Assembly (NCBI RefSeq): GCF_006345805.1
Contig: NC_043011.1
Location: forward strand, 2,976,001-3,040,000
Source of the DNA: Octopus sinensis
Taxonomy: Eukaryota
Length of the DNA stretch: 64,000 nt
Direction of reading: 5' to 3'
Below are positions 52,252-64,000 of this stretch, piece after piece (within the stretch, counting starts at the first letter, position 1; each line of letters starts with the position of its first letter). The notes beneath the pieces were generated by a model. The model was given only the letters and a program-made list of their open reading frames with translations, ran no database searches and had not been told where the DNA came from. Both the position numbers and the translations under genes were made by a program.

Positions 52252-52304
52252 AATCGTTACAGTTGAAAAGGTCTCAAAATGACCGAAACCGGTACTGAAA
52301 GATT
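52252..52304 (+). ncRNA. Minimal type I hammerhead (U3-A8 variant)
   Basis: AATCGTTACAG-TTGAAAA-GGTC-TCAAAAT-GACC-GAAA-CCGG-TA-CTGAAAGATT. Confidence 0.7.
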
Positions 52305-52388
52305 CACTATAAAATTATCTTAGCATTTTCTATTTTTGACTTGTTTTTTCATATATATCAACTCGTGTGTTCCTTTCCACCCTTATAC

Positions 52389-52419
<31 letters not shown>

Positions 52420-52533
52420 ATATATATATAAAGTTAATCCAAACATGAAAACACAAAGAGAAAACACAACAACGCGAGGACGTGGGACAAATATAGTATT
52501 ATTGGACGCTCAGGAAGGAAGGGAAGAAGGAGG

Positions 52534-52568
52534 GTTTTACGTTTCGAGTGGAGCTCTTTGTCAGAAAC
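52534..52568 (-). ncRNA. Minimal hammerhead-like motif, probably degenerate
   Basis: Minus: GTTT-CTGACAAA-GAG-CTCCA-CTC-GAAA-CG-TA-AAAC; C3/A8 mismatch. Confidence 0.5.
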
Positions 52569-52633
52569 ATAGGAAAAGGAAAGATCCAGAGAAGGGAAGA
52601 CGGAAGAAAAAATCGCCAACGGTACACACACGG

Positions 52634-52682
<49 letters not shown>

Positions 52683-52739
52683 CTTATATACATATAGCGG
52701 CGTATGTCCACTTTGGTCTCATATATATATTTATGTATG

Positions 52740-52793
<54 letters not shown>

Positions 52794-53287
52794 TATACGT
52801 GTGTGTGTGTTTTCTTCTGTTTTTCCTTATCTAAATTCTTTCTATGAGGAAGGAGCTCGTTTTCTACAAAAGATACAAAGCCCTGTTTTTGGAATTCAGA
52901 TAATAAAAACAATGTCACATTTTAAAGTTGAGAAAAGCTTGGCATATTTTTATTATTAATGGATACAGGCATAGTTGTGTGGTAAAAAGTTTGCTACCCA
53001 ACTACATGGTTCCAGGTTCAGTCTCACTACTTGGCACCTTGGACAAGTGTCTTTTATTGTAGTCTCAGGCTAACAAAAGCCTTCTGAGTGGGTTTGGTGG
53101 ATGGGAACTGATAGAAACCAGTCATTATGTGTATGTATGAATGATTTGGTTTATGTTTATCATTGAATTGCATAATGGTTTTTCTCTAATTTATATATAT
53201 ATATATATGACCTGTCATATATGTGTGTATATATATATGCCCATGTACTCATAGCTGAATCATTACCAGAACAAGGGAAGAAGTTTC

Positions 53288-54562
53288 AGGTATGGAAGCA
53301 ACGTTTAGAATCAAAGGGCCTTAGAGTTAACCTAGCGAAAACCAAAGTCTTATTAATTAGGAATGCAGACAAATCACAAATTTCTTCAGGTAGATGACCC
53401 TGATCAATCTGTAGAAATGGCATAGGTAGAATCTCCATATGATGTACCCAGTGTAGGCTAAAGACACATAAGAGGTGCAGAGATATTAGAGGAAGGTTAA
53501 CAGAGAAAGTAGCTTTTATTTGTGGAAAATGCACAGGTATAATAAACACTGAAAATGTACAGAAAATAGACTCCATCAACTGCCAATGGGGTAAGTTAGT
53601 AGATATCTAGGTGATAAAGTTAGTGGAGGTGGATGCTCTGGGAGTGTAACTGTGAGAATAAGAATAGACTGGGCAAAGTTCAAAGAGATCCTTCCTCCAC
53701 TGGCAACAAAGGTCTCTCCATCAGAGTGAAAGGCAGATTGTATTATGCCTGTATGGAAACAGCTAGGCAATGCACGGCAGTGAAACATGGACTACTGTGA
53801 CAGCTGAGGACATGCATAGGATTGAAAGAAATGAAGCCAGTATGCTTCACTGGATGTATAAGCATCTTGAGAGAAAAGTTGGGCATAAGAGGCACCAGAT
53901 GTGGTGTGCAAGAGAGATGACTGTGCTGGAATGGTCATGTGTAAAAAAGTGCTGATCTCTAACTGTGTAAAGAAGCTGCGTAAAGGAGTGCCGATCTCTA
54001 ACTGTGGAGGAAACCTGTGGTAGAGGTAGACCCAGAAATACGAGATGGTGAAGCATGTTCTTCAAACTTGGAGCCTCACAGAGGCAAAGACTGGTGACCG
54101 AGACCTTTGGCGATATGTTGTGCTTGAGAAGACCCATCAAGTCAAGTGAAATCATAGTCATGGCTGATGCCAGTGTCACATAACAGGAACCTGTGCCAGT
54201 GGAAAGTAAAGAGCACCTTTTGAGTGTTGGGCTTCACGGGAGCAAAGTCGCCAAGTGGAATGTGAAAAGCATCTTTCAAGTGTTGGGCTTCATGGAAGCA
54301 ATGACAAATAACTGAGACCTTTGACATTATGTCATGCTTGAGAAGAAGACCCATCAAGCCAAGTAAAATTGCAGTTGTGGCAGATACTAGTGTCGCACAT
54401 AAAGCATCCATTATACTCTTGGAATGGTTGGCATTAGGAAGAGCATCCAGCTGTAGAAACCACACCAGATGGAGTCTGGTGCAGCCTTCCATCTTGCCAG
54501 CCCTGGTCAAACCGTCCAACCCATTTAATGGATGTTAAATGATGATGATGATGATGATGATG
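53288..54562 (+). mobile_element. Decayed RTE LINE 3' portion
   Basis: WKQRLESKGLRVNLAKTKVL; HGSETW...RNEASML; GRGRP; tail ...ccaacccatt...(gat)n. Confidence 0.85.
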
Positions 54563-54916
54563 ATATATATATACGTGTGTGCATGTGTCTTTGTGTCTGT
54601 GTTTGTCCCTCACCACCACTTGACAACAGATGTTGGTGTGTTTATGTTCCTTTATCCTAGCAGTTCAGCAAAAGAGACTTTTAGAATAAGAACCAAACTT
54701 TACAAAAAATTAATAGTACTGGACTCGACAAGTACTGTACTCAACAAGTTAGACTAAAATTCTTCAAGGCAATGCCCCAGCATGGCCACAGTCTAATGAC
54801 TGAAACAAGTAAAAGATAAGAGATTGCACTTACAGATTGTATTGGTAATGAATTGGTTGATTTTGTTTTTCCAAAATCCAAGCTTACCCAAACTATCAGT
54901 TAGGCATTTACTCACA

Positions 54917-55155
54917 TAACCAAGGGCACCAATTATTATAGGTATGAATGTTAATTTGTAGTCTGGGATGTAGAGGTTTTGAAGTAGCTGTCCATAGTTA
55001 TTCTCTTACTCTTTGATTTTCAAAGAGATATTCACATCAGAAGGACGGCTGATATCTATGACGATCCATACGTTTTCTTGTCGATCCCAAACAACAATAT
55101 CTAGCCTGTTATGCTTATGCTTGACAGATGTTTTCATGGGAATGTTCCACCATTA
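54917..55155 (-). pseudogene. RLE endonuclease fragment (Hero-like LINE)
   Basis: WWNIPMKTSVKHKHNRLDIVVWDRQENVWIVIDISRPSDVNISLKIKE*ENNYGQLLQNLYIPDYKLTFIPIIIGALG. Confidence 0.85.
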
Positions 55156-55196
55156 TTCTTTGAGTTAATATTTGTGTATATCTTCAGTAAGGTGTT

Positions 55197-55424
55197 GAGC
55201 TGGTAGAAATGCTAGAATTGCCGAGCGAGATGCTTAGCGGTATTTTGTCTGCCATTATATTCTGAGTTCAAATTCTGCCGAGGTCGACTTTACCTTTGAT
55301 CCTTTCGGGGTCGATAAATTAAGTACCAGTTACGCACTGGGGTCGATGTAATCGACTTAATCCCTTTGTCTGTCCTTGTTTGTCCCCTTTATGTTTATCA
55401 CCTTGTGGGCAATAAAAAATAAGA
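55197..55424 (+). mobile_element. SINE family B
   Basis: Consensus match including cctttcggggtcgataaattaagtacc. Confidence 0.88.
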
Positions 55425-55862
55425 AAGGGAATCACTATATCTATTCCAGGACAGTCTTTTTTCCAAATGGCATGTATGTTGTTTTTGCAGCAATGTTGTA
55501 TTGCATAATGGGGCACTGTGATGACATTTTAGGCAGATGTTAATCACATGTGTGATGTCTTCCTCAAATATATGACATAATCCACATTTTTGGTTGCATC
55601 TTGGAACTCCAAGAACTTCACTGTCTCTTGTTTGTTAGGTATTTACCAATCTCCTCTTCTTGGATTGCAAATGCATAGCCTTTGAAATGCAATGCAATGT
55701 AGCTATTATGTATCCATAGTGGCAAAAGTATGCTTCCAGTGTTACCCATCATATGATGGGTAATACTCTAGGCATTCACTCAAGGTGCCATGCAATGAGA
55801 TGGAACCTGAACCCTGTGGTTGCAAAATAATGACACAGCAATGCTTCTGCCTATTTATTCAT

Positions 55863-56280
55863 TACTCTTTTACTCTTTTACTCTTTTACTTGTTTCAGTC
55901 ATTTGACAGCAGCCATGCTGGAGCACCGCCTTTAGTCGAGCAAATCGACCCCAGGACTTATTCTTTGTAAGCCCAGTACTTATTCTATCGGTCGCTTTTG
56001 CTGAACCGCTAAGTGACGGGGATGTAAATACACCAGCATCGGTTGTCAAGCAATGCTAGGCAGACAAACACAGACACACAAACATATACACACACACTTA
56101 TATATATATATACATATATACGACAGGCTTCTTTCAGTTTCCGTCTACCAAATCCACTCACAAGGCATTAGTCGGCCTGGGGCTATAGCAGAAGACACTT
56201 GCCCAAGATGCCACGCAGTGGGTCTGAACCCGGAACCATGTGGTTGGTTAGCAAGCTACTTACCACACAGCGACTCGTGC
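55863..56280 (-). mobile_element. SINE family A, full length
   Basis: Reverse complement of the consensus. Confidence 0.92.
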
Positions 56281-57950
56281 ATATTTTTGCGTGTCTCAGT
56301 AGAACAGTAGTTGTAAAGACAATAAATAAATTTTTTTAAATCCTATCATTCTGACAAGTACTACACTATTTAAAAACTAAAATATATAGAAATATATTTC
56401 AAATAAGATTTCGTCATCATTTATCTCCTGGCATTTTAAAAATAAATGTAATTTTGTGCCATGATCAGAAGTAATGAGTGTGCATGCTTCAGCGTATATG
56501 TATGTGTGTGTGAGTGTGTGTGAGTGTGTGTGCGTGCATGTGAGCGTTTAAAAACAAATTTTGTAATAAGAAAAATTGCTACCAATGAAAAGATTCCATG
56601 GAAGCAACATTTACATTTGGCCTAAATGTTCGTGCATTCAAGCTTCTTAATTCAATATACACACTTTCTTTCCTGCTGTAGCTATTGGAAAGATTAAGCA
56701 TATACACAGCAGTGTCATTCTCTATCCTAAAAAAATTTAGATTACTTAAAGAGCTGTGGGGAGTAGTATTTGTCATGTCCTTTTTTTAACTAGAATTTGA
56801 AGAGTAAGAATTTCCTTTGATCCATTCCAGCATGTAAAGATTCGATTATTTTTTTGGTTTGTTTAGTGAAAGCGAATTGTTTTTTATTTGTTTGTTCTTT
56901 TTGTTTTTTGTTTTTTTTCTGTGTAGTTATTGGGTCTAAAATTGACTTCATGATGTGGTTCCTTATTTTATTTAAACCAAGATGTGTGAATTTTCTTACT
57001 TTATCTTTCACACGGTTTGTCACATTCAGTAATTTTATATGTTACTTTTGAAATATGTGTTAAAGATATTTCCATTTTAAACTGATAATATTTCAATTAT
57101 AATCACATGATTGTACACTGAATCAAAAACAGGTAACTATACTCAAGAAATGTTTCCATCGATGCTAGTTAGGATGACTTAACTGCGAGATTTATACAGT
57201 GCAGAATTTAATGTTTATTTTTTAAGTTGATGCTCTTCCTAATCATTCAACATTTCCTTAGTTGGATATGAATATCTAAGCTTCATTGATAAATATCAAA
57301 ATACTGAGAATTGAATATTGTTGTTTAGGCACTGGTTTGTTTTGATGGTAGCCTTCCAGCAGTGACTATTGCTCTCATTTTCTGATACAGTTTATGCAAA
57401 ACTAGATTATTGAATGTAATTTCCATATTTTAAGGTGATGTTAAGGAGATTTGGTTATTATTTCTAGCAAATCAAACGATCATATCAACTATTCTAGCTC
57501 TGTGACTTCAAAATGCAAATCTCAGCTCTAGCCATCAGAAAAAAATAGGATGGTGAGATTGCTCTCAAAGTTGCAAGCAACAACTAACATTGGTTTCAAA
57601 ATCTAGCACAAGACTGGCAATTTCAGGATGGGTTAAGTTAATTACATCAACCCCAGTTCTTAACTGACACTTGTTTTATCAACCCTGAAAGAATGAAAGG
57701 CATAGTCAACCTCAGCAAAATTTGAACTCAGAACCCTGCCACAAAGCATTTTGCTCGGCACAGTAACCATTCTGCCCGCTCGCCATCTTAAAGCAATAGA
57801 TTATCTCAATAATGGAAAATCGAATAGGAATATAATTTCCTTGGTTCAGTTCCAAGATCAGCTGCCAATACACCCTCATCACCTTTTAGCTTTTACTTCT
57901 TTCAGTCATCAGATTATGACCATGCTGGGCACTGTTAGAAGAGTCTTGTC

Positions 57951-58205
57951 CAGAGGTTTTCAATTGGGGTGCATATGACACTTGAGGGTTCATATAAGAT
58001 TCTGCTGTTAAAATTTATCTGCAATAAATTAGTTATACTTCTACAATACACAATATATTTTAACTATTTTAAAAATATATTTCCTAATAATATTCAATTA
58101 CAAAGATATATGATTTCTCAAACATTGAATGGCTATGAGGGTTCACCAAAGTAAAATAAGAATCAAAGAGGTTCATAAGTATGAAAAAAATGGTTGAGAA
58201 CCACT
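57951..58205. mobile_element. hAT-like MITE, degenerate (same family as 34167)
   Basis: cagaggttttcaat...catataagattctgctgttaaaattta...gttgagaaccact. Confidence 0.6.
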
Positions 58206-58559
58206 TTAGTCAACCTCAGAACTTCTGTTTTTACAACAACTAGTTTTCAGCCTCTTTAGCCAAAATGCTAAGTTATGGTGGTGTATACAAACCAGTACCA
58301 GTTGTAAAGTACCATGGTAAGGTACAAACTCAGACACACAGACATTTATGTATGTAGACAGTTTCTCTATATCAAGTTGACACACATCACATTGGTCAAC
58401 CCAGGGGCTATAGTAGAAGACACTTCTCTAACATGCAATGCAATCAGACTGAACACAAACCACCACATGGCTGAAAAGTAAGCTTCTTAGCCACATGGTT
58501 ATAAGAATGACCACATGGTTATAAGGAAAATGCCAAAATTTTGCTATATATATATATAC

Positions 58560-58930
58560 CAGAGTAAGCACATAAATGTGAAACAAGGTGGAAAAAAGAG
58601 TACTCAAATACCAGAGGTAGAGTAATATGCTTTATTTAAAAGCAGCAGAAATATAAATAACAAAAGCTGTTACTCAGAGTTTCACGTTCCCATTCATCGG
58701 ACAGGTTTTGTTAAAAAGAAAAACAACCTGTCCCCGTCACTTAGCGGTTCGGCAAGAGAGACCGATAGAATAAGTACTGGGCTTACAAAGAATAAGTCCC
58801 GGGGTCGATTTGCTTGACTACAGGCGGTGCTCCAGCATGGCCGCAGTCAAATGACTGAAACAAGTAAACGAGAGTAAGCAAGTGTCCAACGAACGGGAAT
58901 GTGAAACTCTGAGTAACAACTTTTGTTATA
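58560..58930. mobile_element. Fold-back module of the 51449 family with two degenerate hammerheads, interrupted by a SINE
   Basis: Minus HHR 58667-58705: CCTGT-CCGATGA-ATG-GGAA-CGT-GAAA-CTCTGAG-TA-ACAG. The plus mirror resumes at 58884 after a SINE. Confidence 0.75.
58734..58882 (+). mobile_element. 5'-truncated family A SINE with TGTCC direct repeat
   Basis: TGTCC at 58729-58733 and 58883-58887. Confidence 0.85.
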
Positions 58931-59206
58931 TTTCTGCGGCTTTTAAATAAAGTATGGGTGTGTGCGTATAATTATATACATATGTATATGTTTATTTTTA
59001 CATTTTCTTTTCAAGTAAGCACAGGTTAGGCAGAGATATAATTAAGGCATTGCTTTATAGTCAGATGCACTTTCTCACATTAATTTTTATAGTTTTTCCC
59101 ATGTAAGAGATCTCTTATGACTTGTGTGTTTGAAGGTTTAAAGCCAGGACATGATTCATAAACATATATGTTCTTGTTTATGTGCTTGTCCATACTTGTC
59201 AATGTA

Positions 59207-59255
<49 letters not shown>

Positions 59256-59431
59256 CAGTGCTTTTCAAACTTTTTGCTGGAGCAGAACCCCAAGGAAACA
59301 TTCCACTGGCTCGAGGAACCCCTGTGCAATAATTCAATAGTCTTATGCACACATATCTGCACAGGAAGCCTAAAAATTACTGCCGATTTTAGCAGTTTTG
59401 TAACTTCTTGCGGAACCCTGGTTGAAAACCA

Positions 59432-59434
<3 letters not shown>
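59256..59434. mobile_element. hAT-like MITE
   Basis: CAGTGCTTTTCAAAC...GTTGAAAACCACTG termini with internal GGAACCC motifs. Confidence 0.7.
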
Positions 59435-59481
<47 letters not shown>

Positions 59482-59940
59482 AATATATATGTATATTTAT
59501 ATTTTCAGACACTATTTTTTTATATATCAATATATTATTTATATAACCACCTGCATCATATTTCTATGTAACTAAACATTTTTTGTTACTTGCTTTTGAT
59601 GGAGGTATGTGAGAATTTTCTTTCATTCATTCACTGGTCTTTGAACAGATGCACATGTCTGAGATAATGTAGGAAATATGAAATGAAGAATAACCCTCAG
59701 AAAGCACGTTTTAGACAAAGTAACATTGAGTGTAGATTTTGCTATCAGATTGATTTGAATAAGAACCACATGCATACAAAAAAAATGTGTGTGTATGTGT
59801 GTGTGTATGTGTGTGCGTATATATATATATATATATATTATATATACACACACACATTTATATATATACGCATATATTTATATATATACGCATATATTTA
59901 TATATATACGCATATATTTATATATATACGCATATATTAT

Positions 59941-59973
<33 letters not shown>

Positions 59974-60159
59974 GATACAGTAGCAACGAATATGGAGATT
60001 AGTACATCTGTATATTTTTTTAGTATTTCTACAGTCAATTACAGCATATTTGATTTAAATTTGTCTGACGCAAATTTAAACCAAATATACTGTAATTGGC
60101 TGCAGAAATAAAAGAAAATATGTAGACGTACTAATCTCCATATTCGTTGTTACTGTATC
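59974..60159. repeat. Imperfect 186-bp palindrome
   Basis: gatacagtagcaacgaatatggagattagtac... / ...gtactaatctccatattcgttgttactgtatc. Confidence 0.85.
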
Positions 60160-60372
60160 GAATATTCACTCAGTTAAATATTCAAAATCCAGTGAAATAA
60201 ACTCAAGATTTACCCATGGGATAAATATGCTGGGATTGCTTACCTCAAGTAATTCTAGGTGTTCATTACAACTTGATCCAGTTACCCTTATGCTGGAGTA
60301 TAACTGAGTGCTTGAACAGAACTCACCTGGATATTCTATTCTTAGCTATTCACTATATGTATATATATATAG

Positions 60373-60655
60373 AGAGTGGTTGTATACTGTCAACCTAATG
60401 TGACAGTCCTGTAAGGGAATTACACCACCGCTGTTTAGCCCTAAATATCTCAATGGTGGGTAAGACCCAGAAACATGCATGTCTCTAGATGTAGGACTAG
60501 CTGTTGGGGGTGTTTGTCTCCCCTTGGTAAATATATAAGGACACAGGAAATGTGTCAAGGCCGACAGGAAGCGTCGATGCTTCCTAGGGCTAAACAGCGG
60601 TGGTGTAATTCCCTTACAGGACTGTCATGTTAAGTTGACAGTACACAACCACTCT
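60373..60655. mobile_element. Element with about 70-bp terminal inverted repeats
   Basis: 60373-60443 versus 60585-60655. Confidence 0.75.
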
Positions 60656-61039
60656 ATTGCTCTACCACCGTACATATCTCTATGAGATATTTAGAAATTT
60701 AATATTTCTGATATATATATATATATATATATATACATGCATACATACAGGTCATCATTAACAGTCAAAGAGCAGCTGAGGAGAGTTGGGTCATTGAGAA
60801 AATAAAACTCAATCTCAAAATGTTCTTTACATTTCCAAACAAACATAAAGATGCTGTTTCCACTGTTGGTCCTCTGGTTGATGTGATCAACACTACATGA
60901 TGATGCAAAATCCATGTGCGAGATACTGCAGAGACAAAACTGCTCTGCCTTCAGTAATGCTAATGTGGTTGATTTGGCCAGTATCAGTGATGTAAACCCT
61001 CAACTAACTATATCTGACATAACTTTTGGTGCTCCTGAT

Positions 61040-61262
61040 ATCATATGTGTGTGTATATGTTTGTGTGTCTGTGTTTGTCCCCCAACATCGATTGACAACT
61101 GATGCTGGTGTGTTTACGTCCCCTTAACTTAGTGGTTCAGCAAAAGAGACCGATAGAATAAGTACTAGGCTTACAAAGAATAAGCTCTGGGGTCGATTTG
61201 CTCGACTAAAGGCGGTGCTCCAGCATGGCTGCAGTCAAATGACTGAAACAAGTAAAAGAGTG
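61040..61262 (+). mobile_element. SINE family A, 3' half
   Basis: Body and tail match. Confidence 0.85.
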
Positions 61263-61527
61263 TATATATAACATGTAGGGTCCATTTGTGTGGTATCTTG
61301 GCAAGTGTGTCTTTTTGCATTGTCATGTGTTGAGTGAAGCCTTGTGAGAAAATGTGGGTTGACAGAAAGATTGTGGGAGGCTGTCAAATAGATTTGTAGC
61401 TTTAATTTTTATGCTCCAAACTTGTGTCAATATGTCACACTGATCATACCTGAAAATTATGCTAACAGCACATGAGCCCATGGAATACTTAACCATTTGT
61501 ACAGTAATTCAGTGTATAGGTCATTCT

Positions 61528-61757
61528 TTTTTTTTATTGCCCCCAAGGGGCTAAACATGGAGGGGACAAACAAGGACAGACAAAGGGATTAATTCTATTA
61601 CATCGACCCCAGTGCGTAACTGGTACTTAATTTATCGACCCCGAAAGGATGAAAGGCAAAGTCGACCTCGGCGGAATTTGAACTCAGAACATAGCAGCAG
61701 ACGAAATACCGTTAAGCATTTCGCCCAGCGTGCTCACGATTTTGCCAGCTCACCGCC
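61528..61757 (-). mobile_element. SINE family B with 20-bp TSD
   Basis: TTCAGTGTATAGGTCATTCT at 61508-61527 and 61758-61777. Confidence 0.92.
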
Positions 61758-62145
61758 TTCAGTGTATAGGTCATTCTGTTGATCTAATAAATGAATCCTT
61801 TAACATAGATACCAGCTGAGCTGTATTTTACAGAAAAGCACACAATCAGTCAACTGGTCATTGGTTTTGCTTACCAATTGTTGGAGAGAAATGTGATAGG
61901 GAAGATTGTACATGCAAATAGATATTAATAGCATTTATCTTTTTCTGGTCATTAGAGTGTGGCCATGCTGGGGCACCTCCTTGAAGGAGTTTATGCACAC
62001 AAACGAACCCTGGCACTTATTTTCTTTTGCAAAGCCTGGTGCTTATTCTATCAATCTCTTTTTTGCTGAAGCAATAAGTTACAGGAATGCAAGCAAGCCA
62101 GCATTGGTTGTCAAGTAATGGGCAGAGGAACAACACAAACTCAGT

Positions 62146-62188
<43 letters not shown>

Positions 62189-62934
62189 ACATACACACAC
62201 ACACGAACACACACACATGCACACACACATGCACATGAACACAAACACGTACACGCTCACACACATGCACACATATGCATGCACACACACACACATACAC
62301 ACACTCACACACACATATATATGATAGACTTCTTTTAGTTTCTGTCAAATGAATCCAATCACAAGGCTTTGGTTGACCCTGGGCTATAGGGAAACACTTG
62401 CCCAAGGTGCTACGCAGAGGGACTGAACCCAGAACCATATGGTTGGAAAGTAGACTTACAACACAGCCATACTTGTACCTATACACATTATTATTCTCTC
62501 CTTAATCTTCTGTATTTTTTATACTCCATGCAAAAGTAAATTTATTTGTCAATATATAAATGAATATCTATGCATATGTACATATGTGTTTGTCTTCTGA
62601 ATATATTTAATTTATCTGCATCATTGCTTCCATATCAGCTCACCTGGGATTCTCTTATAGTCATTCTTTACCCTGTGAACCTAATCATTGATAAAGACTT
62701 TGGATTTTATGTTCAAATCATTTGAGCACTACTACTTGTTTTCTATACTGAGCCCTGGCACCTATTTTCTTTTATAAAGTATGTGTGTGTGTGTGTGTTT
62801 GTACAAAACTGAAAATATCCCACCAGTCAAAATATGCAAATATAATATACAAAGCATGATAGGTTATAAAAACAGCTGCTAAACAATATATAATATATAT
62901 ACATATACATGAATAATATATATACATATACATT

Positions 62935-63200
62935 GTTGTTGTTGTTGTTTTCTCATTGTTTTAGCCTTCGAATGACGCCACCCCGCTGGCTAAGCGAGCA
63001 GGCCAACAGAAGAAAGAGTGAGAGAAAGAGTGGTGAAAGAGTACAGCAGGGATCACCACCCCGTGCCGGAGCCTCGTGGAGCTTTTTTTTTAAGGTGTTT
63101 TTCCCTCAATAAACACACACAACGCCCGGTCTGGGAATCGAAACCGCGATCCTACAACCGCGAGTTCGCTGCCCTAACCAGTAGGCCATTGCGCCTCCAC
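62935..63200 (-). mobile_element. SINE family C, tail variant 3
   Basis: Minus: gtggaggcgcaatggcctactggttaggg...ggtttcgattccc...aagctccacgaggctcc...cttagccagcggggtggcgtcattcgaaggctaaaacaatgagaaa(aca)n. Confidence 0.8.
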
Positions 63201-63263
63201 ATATACATATACATACCTATATAAATGTATATATTTATGTATGTATGTATGTATGTATGTATG

Positions 63264-63304
<41 letters not shown>

Positions 63305-63844
63305 ATGCACACTTTCAGACACAAACAAAACATAGCAATAAATATATATGGCTTCAGACTGATATGAATTCAATTCATTCTCTTTAAATTAAGCACATTA
63401 CGAAATATTGCAGTACAGGTGACAATCTCATATTATTGAATTAAAACCATTCGCTTTGCAAATATATCTGAAACAGCAAGATATTTCTAAATCACTGAAA
63501 ATACCACATCAGTCAAAATGTGCAAACGTCAGATACAAAGCACATAACAATGAAGGGGAAAGCAAAGAAATGATACCTTTTAATATTTCTTTCTCTTTCT
63601 AAAAGCAGACTTCTGTTTACTAATCGACAGAAAATGGTAGTTTTTTCTGAAACGGAGTTGAAGTTTGATTTCAGTTTATGGGAATGAATAAGTATGTGTT
63701 TGAGTGTATGTGTATTTATGAATAAATAAATAGATAAATAAACAAATAATGTTTATGCAAATACACACACACACACACACACAAACACACACATCTGTTC
63801 ATCACTTTTCTCTTTTTCTTTTCCTGTTTCACTTTCTGTTCCTC

Positions 63845-63851
63845 TTTATCC

Positions 63852-63894
<43 letters not shown>

Positions 63895-63911
63895 CATCTA
63901 TCTTCTATCTG

Positions 63912-64000
<89 letters not shown>
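63845..64000. repeat. (TATC)n/(TGTC)n microsatellite
   Basis: Seen directly. Confidence 0.95.

Overview
AT-rich, repeat-saturated animal genomic DNA. The SINE, RTE-LINE and microsatellite content is typical of a coleoid cephalopod, most likely Octopus (inference). No intact protein-coding gene can be supported. The listed ORFs are microsatellite artefacts, SINE read-throughs or decayed transposon frames. Recognisable TEs: three or four tRNA-derived SINE families, RTE and CR1/L2-like LINE 3' ends, fragments of restriction-like-endonuclease (Hero/NeSL/R4-type) LINEs, a fold-back mariner remnant, hAT-like MITEs and a GG..CC/8-bp-TSD (Merlin-like) MITE. The standout is a set of type I hammerhead ribozyme (HHR) motifs. 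At 38943-40770 a 360-363 bp unit forms a tandem-plus-inverted array with four full HHR motifs carrying the compensatory U3-A8 core. The two outermost copies are intact, the two inner copies share a cleavage-site mutation, and a fifth copy is broken at the inversion point. This is the architecture of a retrozyme or Penelope-like pseudo-LTR array. Unrelated HHR motifs occur at 38727, 51481, 52252, 52534 and 58667, and degenerate ones at 26.9-27.0 and 37.3-38.5 kb. Most lie in fold-back modules abutting (TA)n tracts.
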